Part shown: positions 41,820-51,810 of the stretch, piece after piece | Position numbering within the stretch: the first letter of the stretch is position 1 | Layout: every line of letters starts with the position of its first letter | NCBI GenBank assembly: GCA_964542785.1 | Contig: CAZIUK010000002.1 | Location: 155,416 to 219,415 of the forward strand | Direction: 5' to 3' | Origin: an uncultured Planctomycetales bacterium | GTDB lineage: Bacteria > Omnitrophota > Gorgyraeia > Gygaellales > Profunditerraquicolaceae | DNA length: 64,000 nt | Position numbers and translations under genes: made by a program | Notes under the pieces: generated by a model | Database searches by the model: none | What the model was told of the DNA's origin: nothing | What the model saw: only the letters and a program-made list of their open reading frames with translations

Positions 41820-42378
41820 CGCAGAAGTCAGGTTGACAAAAAATAAAATACGTAGTAAAATCCTACTTAAGTTAAAAAAACAGAAGGAGGAAGACCGTAG
41901 CAAGAAGAGCTGTTTAATTAAAGAAAAACTTTTTAAAGAACCGATATTTAAGAAAGCAAAGAGAGTAATGTTTTATATCGCCTTTAATGGCGAGGTAGAG
42001 ACCAAAGAGATGATTAAGGGAGCTAAAAATTTAGGTAAGATTATCGCTGTGCCAGCCTGTATAAAAAATAGAAGATCTTTATTGCCGGTTTTGTTGCAGC
42101 CTCATAGCCGGCTAAAAAAGGGTCCTTACGGAATATCCGAGCCGGTTACAAGTCGCTATATTGATTTAAAAGATTTGGATTTAGTTATCGTCCCGGGTTT
42201 AGCATTTGATAAAAAAGGTAATCGATTAGGACGCGGCAAAGGTTATTATGACCGTTTCTTAAAGAAGATTACTAATAAAGAGACTCCTTCTATTGGTTTG
42301 GCATTTAGCATGCAAATCTTACCAAAAGTTCCCACTACTTCTTCCGATGTTCGTGTAACAAAAGTCCTCTTTGCTTAA
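41797..42378 (+). CDS. 5-formyltetrahydrofolate cyclo-ligase
   Basis: The 193-aa ORF has motifs of the MTHFS family (DKKGNRLGRGKGYYDRFL). It overlaps the iscU end, and an alternative TTG start at about 41833 is possible. Confidence 0.8.
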   Translation: MRVKSICSAEVRLTKNKIRSKILLKLKKQKEEDRSKKSCLIKEKLFKEPIFKKAKRVMFYIAFNGEVETKEMIKGAKNLGKIIAVPACIKNRRSLLPVLLQPHSRLKKGPYGISEPVTSRYIDLKDLDLVIVPGLAFDKKGNRLGRGKGYYDRFLKKITNKETPSIGLAFSMQILPKVPTTSSDVRVTKVLFA

Positions 42379-42420
42379 AATTAGTTGAAAACCTTGTAAT
42401 TCTATTCTAAGGAGGAACTG

Positions 42421-43977
42421 ATGTTAAATACCCTGATTATAACTATGCCGGTAGCATTTTTAGCCGTTTTCCTAGGTTATGCATTGAGGAAGCGTGTGGC
42501 TGAGAAGAAAGTTCAGGATGCTGAATCGCAGGCAGAGCATATCCTAAAACAAGCTGAAAAAGAAGTCCTTGATAAACGCAGAGAGGTTGAGTTAGAAGCA
42601 AAGGATCTTCTTTATCGCATTCGTCAGGATTTTGAACGCGAAAATAAAGATAGGCGTCTTGAGATATCCAACATGGAGAAGCGCCTTACCCAGAAAGAAG
42701 AGAACATTGACCGTAGACTTGATCTTTTAGAGAAGAAAGAGAAAGGCCTAGATGCAAAGTATGAAGGGCTTAAGAAGCAGGAGGAGGGGTTAAAATTTAA
42801 AGACAACCAGCTATGTTTATTAATAGCAGAGGAGAAGGAGAGGTTGCAGAAGATCTCTTCTCTCTCAGCCGAAGAGGCAAAACAGATTCTTTTAAGCAGG
42901 CTTAATGAAGAGCTGAATAGTGAGAAGGCGGCGTTAATTAAAAGAGAAGAGGAGGATCTTCGTGCCGCTTCTAATAAAAAGGCTAGAGAGATAATAAGTC
43001 TTGCTATACAGAAATGCGCGGCAGAGCATACAGTTGAATCTACTGTAAGCGTAGTGGCTTTGCCCAACGATGAGATGAAAGGTAGGGTTATCGGTAGGGA
43101 GGGGAGGAATATTCGTGCTTTAGAGATGGCTACAGGAGTAGATGTTATTATTGATGATACCCCTGAGGCAGTTACCATTTCTGCCTTTGACACAGTGCGG
43201 CGTGAGATAGCCCGTTTAAGTTTAGAGAAGCTTCTCTCCGATGGTAGGATTCATCCTGGGAGGATTGAAGAAATAGTTGAAAAGACAAAAAAAGAGATGG
43301 ACGAGAAGATACGTGAAGAAGGGGAGCGGGCGGCATTTGAAGCACAGGTTAATGGGTTGCATCCTGAGATAATAAAACTTTTAGGGAGGCTTAAATACCG
43401 CACAAGTTATGGACAAAATGCTCTACAGCATTCTAAGGAAGCATCTTTCCTCTTGGCTGCTATGGCTTCAGAGTTGGGGCTTGATTTTAAGCTTGCGCGT
43501 AGAATAGGCTTGTTGCATGATATCGGCAAGGCAGTTGATCATCAGGTAGAAGGGACGCACGCAAGGATAGGAGCAGAGTTAGTTAAGAAATATGGGGAAT
43601 CCGTCGAGGTTGTATCGGCTATTGAATCCCATCATGAAGAAGCACCCATACAGAATATTTTTGGGGTTTTGGCGATAGCCGCAGATGCGATAAGCGCTTC
43701 CCGTCCAGGAGCGCGGCGAGAGACGCTAGAGACTTATATTAAAAGGCTTGAAAAGTTAGAGTCCATTGCTAATTTATTTAAAGGAGTTGATAAATCTTTT
43801 GCTATTCAGGCCGGTAGAGAGATACGTGTTATTGTCCAGCCAGATAAGATAACCGATAGCGAGGCTACGGTTATGGCAAGGGATATCCGTAAGAAAATAG
43901 AAGAAGGCATGGAGTATCCGGGGCAAATTAAAGTTACGGTTATTAGAGAGACAAGAGCAATTGAATACGCAAAATAA
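42421..43977 (+). CDS. rny: Ribonuclease Y
   Basis: The 518-aa ORF has an N-terminal TM helix, a coiled coil, a KH domain (GRVIGREGRNIRALE) and an HD domain (HDIGKA). Confidence 0.9.
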   Translation: MLNTLIITMPVAFLAVFLGYALRKRVAEKKVQDAESQAEHILKQAEKEVLDKRREVELEAKDLLYRIRQDFERENKDRRLEISNMEKRLTQKEENIDRRLDLLEKKEKGLDAKYEGLKKQEEGLKFKDNQLCLLIAEEKERLQKISSLSAEEAKQILLSRLNEELNSEKAALIKREEEDLRAASNKKAREIISLAIQKCAAEHTVESTVSVVALPNDEMKGRVIGREGRNIRALEMATGVDVIIDDTPEAVTISAFDTVRREIARLSLEKLLSDGRIHPGRIEEIVEKTKKEMDEKIREEGERAAFEAQVNGLHPEIIKLLGRLKYRTSYGQNALQHSKEASFLLAAMASELGLDFKLARRIGLLHDIGKAVDHQVEGTHARIGAELVKKYGESVEVVSAIESHHEEAPIQNIFGVLAIAADAISASRPGARRETLETYIKRLEKLESIANLFKGVDKSFAIQAGREIRVIVQPDKITDSEATVMARDIRKKIEEGMEYPGQIKVTVIRETRAIEYAK

Positions 43978-44048
43978 TATTTTTAATAGAAGGTTAACGA
44001 AGCAAGTATCCTTTGGCAGTATAATTTGTTTTTAGAGAAAGGAAATTT

Positions 44049-44834
44049 ATGAAGATACTCTTTATTGGTGATATAGTAGGCAAGCCCGGCAGAGAGGCTG
44101 TGAGAATCCTGTTGCCTAAATTAAAGGAGAAATATTCCCTTGATTTTGTGATTGCCAATGCCGAGAACGCTTCAGGGGGGTCAGGTATTACCCAAAAAGT
44201 ATCCGAAGAGTTATTTGGATATGGAGTAGATGTTTTAACTTCCGGAGACCATATCTGGAAGAAGAAAGAGACATTTGAGTTGGTTAATTATGAAGAGAGG
44301 GTATTAAGGCCGTTGAATTATCCTTTAGGAGCTCCTGGGAGCGGTAAGCGTATATTTAAAACAAAAGGGCAAGAGAGGATAGGGGTGATTAATGTTAATG
44401 GTAGGGTATTCATGGATGCATTAGAATGCCCGTTTAAAACATCGCAAGCTGCTTATGAAGAGTTGTCCAAGGAGGCCAATATCATAATCGTAGATATTCA
44501 CGCTGAAGCAACCTCAGAGAAAGTTGCTTTAGGGTGGTATCTTAATGGTAAGGTATCAGCGGTATTAGGCACTCATACCCATATACAGACCGCGGATGAA
44601 AAGATACTTTCTTTAGGTACTGGGTATATTACTGATGTGGGCATGTGCGGAGCGTATGATTCGGTTATCGGTAGGAAAGTAGATGATGTCTTAACGCGTT
44701 TTCTTACACTAATCCCGGTTAGGTTTGAGGTAGCCGAAGAGAATGTTCAACTGCACGCAGTAGTTTTAGATATAGATAGTAATAGCGGTAAGGCCCGTTC
44801 TATTATAAGAATACAGGAAAAACTTTATGTTTAA
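44049..44834 (+). CDS. ymdB: YmdB-family metallophosphoesterase (TIGR00282; 2',3'-cyclic-nucleotide phosphodiesterase)
   Basis: The 261-aa ORF starts MKILFIGDIVGKPGR and has GDH and GTHTH motifs. It sits immediately downstream of rny as in the conserved rny-ymdB pair. Confidence 0.85.
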   Translation: MKILFIGDIVGKPGREAVRILLPKLKEKYSLDFVIANAENASGGSGITQKVSEELFGYGVDVLTSGDHIWKKKETFELVNYEERVLRPLNYPLGAPGSGKRIFKTKGQERIGVINVNGRVFMDALECPFKTSQAAYEELSKEANIIIVDIHAEATSEKVALGWYLNGKVSAVLGTHTHIQTADEKILSLGTGYITDVGMCGAYDSVIGRKVDDVLTRFLTLIPVRFEVAEENVQLHAVVLDIDSNSGKARSIIRIQEKLYV

Positions 44835-46533
44835 CCTCCGCAGGATATTAATTTTAATTTTGCTTGTTGTTTTTTCTTTTCTTCCCTTAGTATACTCTCA
44901 AAATGATACTGTTATAGAGTTATCATTAGATACCTCTTTAAGCACTCTTCCTACTCCGGCTATATTCCGTCCTAATATCGATTTAGGCGGGAGGGGATTT
45001 CATAAAGATGATACTTGGCCGCAGAATATGGCTGCCAAAGAGGTTTTAGAGGCTTGGGGTAGGGATATAGGTTTTTCAGGCATTTATCGTATTCAATATA
45101 ATCTTTGGGAGATTAGTCAGTTGGCTAAAAATAAAGAAGCGCAGGATAAGCTTTTAGCTAACTACGAGGCGACTATTAAGGCTGTATCTGATGCTAAGGG
45201 TATAGTTTTGTTGAATCTTTATGGTACTCCTTTGGGGTTAGGAAAGGCATTGGACAAAAAGAGCGCGCCGCTTAATTTAGAGGCTTTTAAAGCCTTGACT
45301 AAAGAGGTGGTGAGGTATTTAAGCTGTGAAAAAAAATATAATATATGGTATGAAGTTTGGTCCTCCCCTGATTCAGACGACTTTTTTATTGGCAGTAAGC
45401 AGGATTATTTTAATATGTACAAGGCAATTGCAGAGAATGTTAAAGAGTTAAGCGCGCAATTTAAGATTAATATACCTGTTGGCGCCCCAAGCTCAAGCAA
45501 CTGGTTTCATAATTTAGAGAATAACAATATCCTAACTCCGGAAAAAAGTTTAATCTATGACCTGATAAAGTTTGTTTCTGTAAATTCCCTACCGCTTAAT
45601 TTTATTACCTGGCATTCCTTCTCCTCTGATCCAAAGATAGAAAAGGAAGTTACTATATATAATAAGAATGCTGTTGAGTTAGTCCGTGATTGGCTCTCTT
45701 ATTTTAATTTTAAGCGTGATATTCCTTTAATAGTAGATGAATGGAACTTTGATCGCGATGTTAATATTTTGCCTGCTAGAAGAAAAAAATCTTATATTGC
45801 AGGAAGTTATATACCTGCGCGGATAAAGAATATGTACGAGGCAGGGTTGGATAATCAAGTTTATTTTTCGCTTGAAGATTTTCAAGACAATCCAGAGAAG
45901 GTTACTCGAAATGTTGGGGCGTTTTATATTGATTCATCCTTGTCGCAATATAAAGAAACCCCAAAATCAATATACAATGTTTTTAGGATGATGGGCATGC
46001 TTGGCCCAGAAATGTATAAGGTTTCTTCCTTTGATGAGTTTTGTGGGGTCATCGCTACAAAGTCTCTTGATGGGATAGCTTTACTTATCTATAATTATAT
46101 TGATCCTGATATTGTAAAGAGTTTTCTTGCCCATAGTATTTGTGGGCTCAATAACTCCGAGCGGCGATATTTGCTTCAGATAATAAAAAGTGATCAGTTA
46201 GAAAAGTTTATCAGCCATCAAATAGATCTTCGCTTATTGCGTGCGAACGAAAAGGTAAGGTCAATCTTAACAAAGGCACGTAATCTGGAGGACAAGGCAA
46301 GAGAGGCAGAAAATACCTCTAAAACTATTAAATTAACAATTAAGAATATTAAGGGTGAATATACCTATAGCCGTTTTACGGTTGATTCTTCCTGTGGTTT
46401 AGGGTGTGAATTTAATCCGGTAGAAGAGAAAAATATTTCTGTGCAAGGGGAGTATCAGGAAGAATTAAAAATTAGCCCTTATTCAGTTAATCTTATTATA
46501 TTTAAAAAGCAGAATAATGCTCCTAAAGAATAA
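44827..46533 (+). CDS. Secreted TIM-barrel glycoside-hydrolase-like protein (family uncertain, catalytic motif divergent)
   Basis: The 568-aa ORF has a signal peptide (MFNLRRILILILLVVFSFLPLVYS). EVWSSPD sits where GH clan A enzymes have WNEPD, and IVDEWNFD resembles a nucleophile motif. Confidence 0.35.
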   Translation: MFNLRRILILILLVVFSFLPLVYSQNDTVIELSLDTSLSTLPTPAIFRPNIDLGGRGFHKDDTWPQNMAAKEVLEAWGRDIGFSGIYRIQYNLWEISQLAKNKEAQDKLLANYEATIKAVSDAKGIVLLNLYGTPLGLGKALDKKSAPLNLEAFKALTKEVVRYLSCEKKYNIWYEVWSSPDSDDFFIGSKQDYFNMYKAIAENVKELSAQFKINIPVGAPSSSNWFHNLENNNILTPEKSLIYDLIKFVSVNSLPLNFITWHSFSSDPKIEKEVTIYNKNAVELVRDWLSYFNFKRDIPLIVDEWNFDRDVNILPARRKKSYIAGSYIPARIKNMYEAGLDNQVYFSLEDFQDNPEKVTRNVGAFYIDSSLSQYKETPKSIYNVFRMMGMLGPEMYKVSSFDEFCGVIATKSLDGIALLIYNYIDPDIVKSFLAHSICGLNNSERRYLLQIIKSDQLEKFISHQIDLRLLRANEKVRSILTKARNLEDKAREAENTSKTIKLTIKNIKGEYTYSRFTVDSSCGLGCEFNPVEEKNISVQGEYQEELKISPYSVNLIIFKKQNNAPKE

Positions 46534-47719
46534 ACATATATATACCGTATCGGATATTACTCAGGAGATCAAGGTGATCTTTGAAAATTCCTTTGGTATG
46601 GGGGTGTGGGTAGAAGGGGAGGTATCTAATTTTAAGCTGGCTGCCTCTGGGCACTTTTATTTTTCCCTAAAAGATGAAAAAGCTGTTTTAACAGCGGCGA
46701 TGTTTTTAAATATAAACCGTCAATTAAAATTTAAACCTGAAGATGGACTAAAGGTTATATGTTTTGGTAGGATAGATCTTTATGCTCCGCGTGGGCAGTA
46801 TCAGCTTATCGTTGAAAGGATGGAGCCCAAAGGAATAGGCGCAAGGCAGTTGGCTTTTGAACAGCTAAAAGCAAAACTTCTTAAAGAAGGGATTTTTGCC
46901 TTAGAGCGTAAAAGAACATTGCCTTTGATGCCCTTTAATATCGGGATAGTTACCTCATCTGCAGGCGCTGCCATACGCGATATACTTGAGATACTTAAAA
47001 AAGGCGCTCCTGGGGTTGGCATTGTAATCCGTTCGGTGCGTGTTCAGGGGGAAGGTGCAAGTCTTGAAATTGCCCAAGGGATAAAAGAACTTAATGAATT
47101 TGGCAGGATAGACCTTATTATTGTAAGCCGTGGGGGAGGAAGTACTGAGGACCTTTGGGCGTTTAATGAAGAGCCGTGCGTGAGGGCAGTATATAATTCT
47201 GCGATACCGGTTGTGTCTGCAGTTGGGCATCAGATAAATACAAGCCTCTGTGATTTAGCAGCAGACTTTTTTGTTGAGACCCCTACTGCCGCCGCTAAAA
47301 TTATAGTAGATAAGAAGATTAAGCTTTTAAACGAGATAAGCGAGTTAAGATATGGCATGGAGTTTTCTTTTCTGGAAAAAATAAATTTCTTTAAAAATGA
47401 ATTAACTAGGCTAAAACATAGCTTAAAGAGCCCTTTAGATAAGCTGCAGGAGAAAATACAGCTCTTAGATGAATTCGTATCTTCTTTAAATAATAACATA
47501 CGCCAAATAATAAATATAACTAAAGAGAGGCTAAAGTTATCTATCGGTAGGCTTGATGCTTTAAGCCCTTTAAAAGTATTATCTCGCGGTTATAGTTTAA
47601 GCATTACGCATCCGCAAGGAGTTGTTATTAAAGAAGCGGTTAAGATCCAAAAGGGGGATAAGGTAAAGACTATTCTTAACAAGGGTTTTTTTATAAGCAG
47701 GGTTGAAGAGGTAAATTAA
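46517..47719 (+). CDS. xseA: Exodeoxyribonuclease VII large subunit
   Basis: The 400-aa ORF has an N-terminal OB fold (GVWVEGEVSNF...GHFYFSLKD) followed by the catalytic domain. Confidence 0.9.
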   Translation: MLLKNKHIYTVSDITQEIKVIFENSFGMGVWVEGEVSNFKLAASGHFYFSLKDEKAVLTAAMFLNINRQLKFKPEDGLKVICFGRIDLYAPRGQYQLIVERMEPKGIGARQLAFEQLKAKLLKEGIFALERKRTLPLMPFNIGIVTSSAGAAIRDILEILKKGAPGVGIVIRSVRVQGEGASLEIAQGIKELNEFGRIDLIIVSRGGGSTEDLWAFNEEPCVRAVYNSAIPVVSAVGHQINTSLCDLAADFFVETPTAAAKIIVDKKIKLLNEISELRYGMEFSFLEKINFFKNELTRLKHSLKSPLDKLQEKIQLLDEFVSSLNNNIRQIINITKERLKLSIGRLDALSPLKVLSRGYSLSITHPQGVVIKEAVKIQKGDKVKTILNKGFFISRVEEVN

Positions 47720-47729
47720 GGAGAATGAG

Positions 47730-47963
47730 ATGAAAGAGAAAGAGTCGTTCGAAGGCGATTTAAAGAAATTACAGAAAATAGTAGAAGAGCTTTCTTCCGG
47801 TAAGCTTACTTTAGGAGAGTCATTAAAAAAATACGAAGAGGGGATTAAGCTTGCGCAGGGCTGCTCTTTGCTTCTTGAGGATGCTCAAAGGAGAGTAGAG
47901 TCTTTAATGAAAAAAGATGGCAAGTTTACATTAGAGAAGTTTAAGGAAGAGGAAGATCAATAA
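47730..47963 (+). CDS. xseB: Exodeoxyribonuclease VII small subunit
   Basis: The 77-aa helical protein has FEGDLKKLQKIVEELSSGKLTLGESLKKYEEG. Confidence 0.85.
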   Translation: MKEKESFEGDLKKLQKIVEELSSGKLTLGESLKKYEEGIKLAQGCSLLLEDAQRRVESLMKKDGKFTLEKFKEEEDQ

Positions 47964-49825
47964 TGTTCCTTGAAAAGATACGTTCTCCGGGGGATTTAAG
48001 GAAGTTAAAGATTGAGGAGTTGGCAGTATTAGCAACTGAGATACGCCAGAGGATGATAGAGGTTGTATCCATAAGCGGAGGACACCTCGCTTCAAGTTTG
48101 GGGGCAGTAGAGGTGATTATTGCTTTACACTACTCTTTGGATACTCCCCTTGATAAGATAATTTTTGATGTTGGCCATCAGGCTTACGCGCATAAGATAA
48201 TTACCGGTAGAGCCTTAGAGTTTTCAACTATAAGGCAATATAAAGGATTAAGTGGATTTCCATCAAGGGTTGAATCTCCAGAATATGATATCTTTACTAC
48301 CGGGCATTCTTCTAATGCCGTATCTTTAGCACTTGGATTAGCCTGTGGCAGGGATATTCTTCCCGAACAAAAGCATTTTAAAGTAGTAGCCCTTATCGGT
48401 GATGGGTCATTAAGTGGAGGCTTATGCTTTGAAGGACTTAACAACTCCGGACACTTAAAGAAAGATATTCTTGTTGTTTTAAATACTAATGAGTTAAGCA
48501 TCGCTCCTAATGTCGGAGCAATAAGCAATTATCTTAATAAGATAATATCTCTTCCTGTCTATAATCATTTCCGGGATTCTTTAGTAAATTTTTTGTCCTC
48601 CCGCGGTAATAGGGGGAAAAGGCTTTTAAGGCTTGCCAATAAATTTGAAGAAGGGCTAAAAGGTTTTTTTATACCCGGGGTTTTATTTGAAGAGCTTGGT
48701 TTTAGGTATTTTGGTCCGTTAGATGGGCATAACATTGATCTTCTAGTGCGTTCTTTTAAAAATATCTTAAATATAAAAGGTCCGCGTATAGTGCATGTAG
48801 TAACTAAGAAGGGGAAAGGGTATTCTTCTGCAGAGTCTGAGCCAATAAGATTTCATGGCATAGGTCCATTTGATATACAGACAGGCTCTATCCTGCAAAA
48901 GCAAAGCGGGCAAAAAAGTTATACTGATATATTTTCGGAAAAATTATTAGAGTTGGCTAAAGAAGATAATAAGATTGTGGCAGTTACAGCTGCTATGCCG
49001 GAAGGGACAGGATTAGATAAGTTTCATAAGTCTTTTCCCGAAAGATTTTTTGATGTGGGGATTGCTGAGGGGCATGCAGTGACATTCTCTGCCGGGTTAT
49101 CAAGGAGCGGGCTAAAGCCAGTAATTGCAATTTATTCTACCTTTTTGCAGAGAGCTTATGACCAGATAATTGAGGACGTAGCTTTACAGGATTTAGCAGT
49201 CGTTTTTTGTATTGATCGCGCCGGGATAGTAGGAGAGGATGGAGTTACTCATCAGGGTATATTTGATATAGGTTTTTTAAATACTGTCCCTAATTTAGTA
49301 AATATGGCGCCAAAAGATTCTCTTGAGCTTGAAGATATGTTAAAATTTGCGTTGAAGCTTGGTAAACCGGTAACGATAAGATACCCTAGAGGCTACGCGC
49401 CTTTAGGAGAAAATAGCCGGAAAAGAGAGATTGAGCTTGGAAAATTTGAAATCCTGCGCCCAGGAGAAGATCTTGCTATTATTGCTTTAGGGAGTATGGT
49501 GTCTTTATCTATGGAGGCAGCAGATATTGTTTTAAAGAGCGGTTTATCAACAGAGGTGATAAATGCCCGTTTTATAAACCCTTTAGATATTGAGGCCTTG
49601 AGGATATTAAATAAAAGATTTAAATTTATTTTTACTATTGAAGAGGGGATAATAGATACAGGGTTTGGTTCTATGGTAGAAGGAGTTATTGGAAAATCAA
49701 TAGTTAAAATAGGGCTTCCGCGTAAGTTTATACCTCACGGCAAGAGGGATCTATTGTTGGAGAAATATGGGTTGTCTGCAGTTGGTATCGCAGATAAGGT
49801 AGTTAAAACAGTATGCCGAAAATAA
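47963..49825 (+). CDS. dxs: 1-deoxy-D-xylulose-5-phosphate synthase
   Basis: The 620-aa ORF has a TPP-binding motif (GDGSLSGGLCFEGLNN) and the transketolase-like HSS motif. Confidence 0.92.
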   Translation: MFLEKIRSPGDLRKLKIEELAVLATEIRQRMIEVVSISGGHLASSLGAVEVIIALHYSLDTPLDKIIFDVGHQAYAHKIITGRALEFSTIRQYKGLSGFPSRVESPEYDIFTTGHSSNAVSLALGLACGRDILPEQKHFKVVALIGDGSLSGGLCFEGLNNSGHLKKDILVVLNTNELSIAPNVGAISNYLNKIISLPVYNHFRDSLVNFLSSRGNRGKRLLRLANKFEEGLKGFFIPGVLFEELGFRYFGPLDGHNIDLLVRSFKNILNIKGPRIVHVVTKKGKGYSSAESEPIRFHGIGPFDIQTGSILQKQSGQKSYTDIFSEKLLELAKEDNKIVAVTAAMPEGTGLDKFHKSFPERFFDVGIAEGHAVTFSAGLSRSGLKPVIAIYSTFLQRAYDQIIEDVALQDLAVVFCIDRAGIVGEDGVTHQGIFDIGFLNTVPNLVNMAPKDSLELEDMLKFALKLGKPVTIRYPRGYAPLGENSRKREIELGKFEILRPGEDLAIIALGSMVSLSMEAADIVLKSGLSTEVINARFINPLDIEALRILNKRFKFIFTIEEGIIDTGFGSMVEGVIGKSIVKIGLPRKFIPHGKRDLLLEKYGLSAVGIADKVVKTVCRK

Positions 49826-50040
49826 CTATAAATAAGGATAAATGTAAGGGGTGTTATTTGTGTATTGAGGCGTGCCCTAAGAAATTAATCAATAAGGGCG
49901 AGGGTCTCAATATAAATGGCTACCAACCGGTTAAGTTTAGGGATAATGGAGAGTGCATAGGATGCGCTTTATGCGCAATTATCTGTCCAGATTCTTGTAT
50001 AGAGGTATGGCAAGAAAAAAGTCACACAAAAAAGTATTGA
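49813..50040 (+). CDS. 2-oxoacid:ferredoxin oxidoreductase delta subunit (2x[4Fe-4S] ferredoxin)
   Basis: The 75-aa ORF has two CxxCxxCxxxCP motifs (CKGCYLCIEACP, CIGCALCAIICP). Confidence 0.8.
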   Translation: MPKITINKDKCKGCYLCIEACPKKLINKGEGLNINGYQPVKFRDNGECIGCALCAIICPDSCIEVWQEKSHTKKY

Positions 50041-51089
50041 TTTCAGGTAATGAGGCTATAGCCAAAGGTGCAATAGATGCCGGTTGTAAGTTTTATGCCG
50101 GGTATCCTATAACGCCGCAGAACGAGCTTATTGGTTATATGTCCGAACATATGCCTGATGGTGGGGTTTTTATACAAGCAGAGTCTGAGATTGCCGCGAT
50201 AAATATGGTTTATGGGGCTTCTGCCGCGGGGGTTGCTGCGATGACCTCTTCTTCAAGCCCAGGTATAAGCTTAAAACAAGAGGGGATATCATACCTTGCC
50301 GGTTCAGAGCTTCCTGCGGTAATTGTAAATATTATGCGCGCAGGTCCAGGTCTAGGTAATATCTGGCCAGCACAATCTGATTATTTCCAGGCAACGCGTG
50401 GCGGAGGAAATGGAGAATACCGTTGCATAGTCTTAGCGCCTTCTTCTGTGCAAGAGTCATTTGATATTATGAAGATTGCTTTTGGTCTTGCGGATAGATA
50501 CCGAAGTCCGGTAATTATCCTAGGGGATGGGATGTTAGGCCAGATGATGGAGCCTGTTATTCTCCCTTTAGATTCTAATAGCAATAGGCAAAAACCGATA
50601 GATAAGCCGTGGGCGCTTACAGGTTGTAAGGGAAGAAGGCAGAATATTATAAAATCCTTTTATATGCGTGAAGGAGATTTAGAGGAATTTAATCTTAAGC
50701 TACAAAAAAAATATGCGCAGATTATCAAAGATGAAGAGCGTTATGAAGAGATAAATGTATCTGATGCTAAGGTTATCTTGGTTGCTTATGGGACAATGGC
50801 AAGGATTGCTAAGTCTGTGCTAAAGCATTTAAGAAGAATAGGGATAAAGGCAGGATTAATACGTCCCATAACCCTTTGGCCTTTTCCGGTTGGGGCATTT
50901 AATAGGATAAATACAAGAGTAAAGAGTAAGAAACGTTATTTAGTCCTCGAGATGTCCTATGGACAGATGGTTGAAGATGTTAGACTTGCCTTGAAAGGAA
51001 AGGCAGAGGTTGATTTTTTAGGCAGGGCAGGAGGAGGGATCTTGTCAGAAGAAGAGATTATCAAAAGGGTAATTAAATTATATGGATAA
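50007..51089 (+). CDS. 2-oxoacid:ferredoxin oxidoreductase alpha subunit
   Basis: The ORF track begins at 49953. I choose the internal Met at 50007 (MARKKSHKKVLISGNEAIAKG) because the KorA/PorA-type N-terminus begins there and the earlier part overlaps the ferredoxin gene. Confidence 0.8.
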   Translation: MARKKSHKKVLISGNEAIAKGAIDAGCKFYAGYPITPQNELIGYMSEHMPDGGVFIQAESEIAAINMVYGASAAGVAAMTSSSSPGISLKQEGISYLAGSELPAVIVNIMRAGPGLGNIWPAQSDYFQATRGGGNGEYRCIVLAPSSVQESFDIMKIAFGLADRYRSPVIILGDGMLGQMMEPVILPLDSNSNRQKPIDKPWALTGCKGRRQNIIKSFYMREGDLEEFNLKLQKKYAQIIKDEERYEEINVSDAKVILVAYGTMARIAKSVLKHLRRIGIKAGLIRPITLWPFPVGAFNRINTRVKSKKRYLVLEMSYGQMVEDVRLALKGKAEVDFLGRAGGGILSEEEIIKRVIKLYG

Positions 51090-51810
51090 GATATATACTC
51101 ATCCTAAATCTTTACGCAATATTCCTACTCACTATTGCCCCGGGTGCGGGCATGGCATAGTGCATAGGATTATCGCTGAGATTATAGATGAGTTAAGAAT
51201 AAGAGAGAAGGTAATTGCTGTTGCTCCGGTAGGTTGTGCGGTAATTGCTTATGATTATTGGGATTTTGATTGTTCAGAGTCTGCGCATGGTAGGGCTTTA
51301 GCAGTTGCTACAGCGATAAAAAGGGTGAGGCCTAAAAATATAGTTTTTACTTATCAAGGAGATGGAGACTTAGCTGCAATAGGAGCTAATGAGACAATAC
51401 ACGCTGCTAACCGCTCGGAAAACCTCACTGCAATTTTTATTAATAACGGAGTCTATGGGATGACCGGAGGTCAGATGGCTCCAACTACCCTGATTAATCA
51501 AAAAACAGCGACTACAGTATTAGGCAGGGAAGTAAACGTTCACGGATTTCCTTTAAAGATATCAGAAATGCTTGCTTTGTTACCTGGGGTAAAATATATT
51601 GAGAGAGTTTCATTGCACTCTTCGCAGGAGGTTATAAAAGCTAAAAGGGCGGTAAAACAGGCTTTTTTAAATCAGATAGAAGGGGTTGGTTTCTCTATGG
51701 TTGAGATACTCTCTCCCTGTCCAACTTATTGGAGGCTATCTGCGGTTGAGGCATTAAAGAGAATTAAAGAAGAGGTAATAAAAGAGTTTCCTTTGGGTAG
51801 GATAAAATGA
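51082..51810 (+). CDS. 2-oxoacid:ferredoxin oxidoreductase beta subunit (TPP-binding)
   Basis: The 242-aa ORF has the TPP motif GDGDLAAIGANE and an N-terminal Cys cluster. Confidence 0.85.
   Translation: MDKIYTHPKSLRNIPTHYCPGCGHGIVHRIIAEIIDELRIREKVIAVAPVGCAVIAYDYWDFDCSESAHGRALAVATAIKRVRPKNIVFTYQGDGDLAAIGANETIHAANRSENLTAIFINNGVYGMTGGQMAPTTLINQKTATTVLGREVNVHGFPLKISEMLALLPGVKYIERVSLHSSQEVIKAKRAVKQAFLNQIEGVGFSMVEILSPCPTYWRLSAVEALKRIKEEVIKEFPLGRIK

Noticed and set aside
42624-43193. 189-aa minus-strand ORF inside rny
   Set aside because: It is antisense to the charged coiled-coil segment of RNase Y and is a low-complexity shadow ORF.
49953-50006. N-terminal 18 codons of the OFOR alpha ORF
   Set aside because: This stretch overlaps the ferredoxin-subunit gene in another frame. 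The KorA-like sequence begins at the internal Met (50007).
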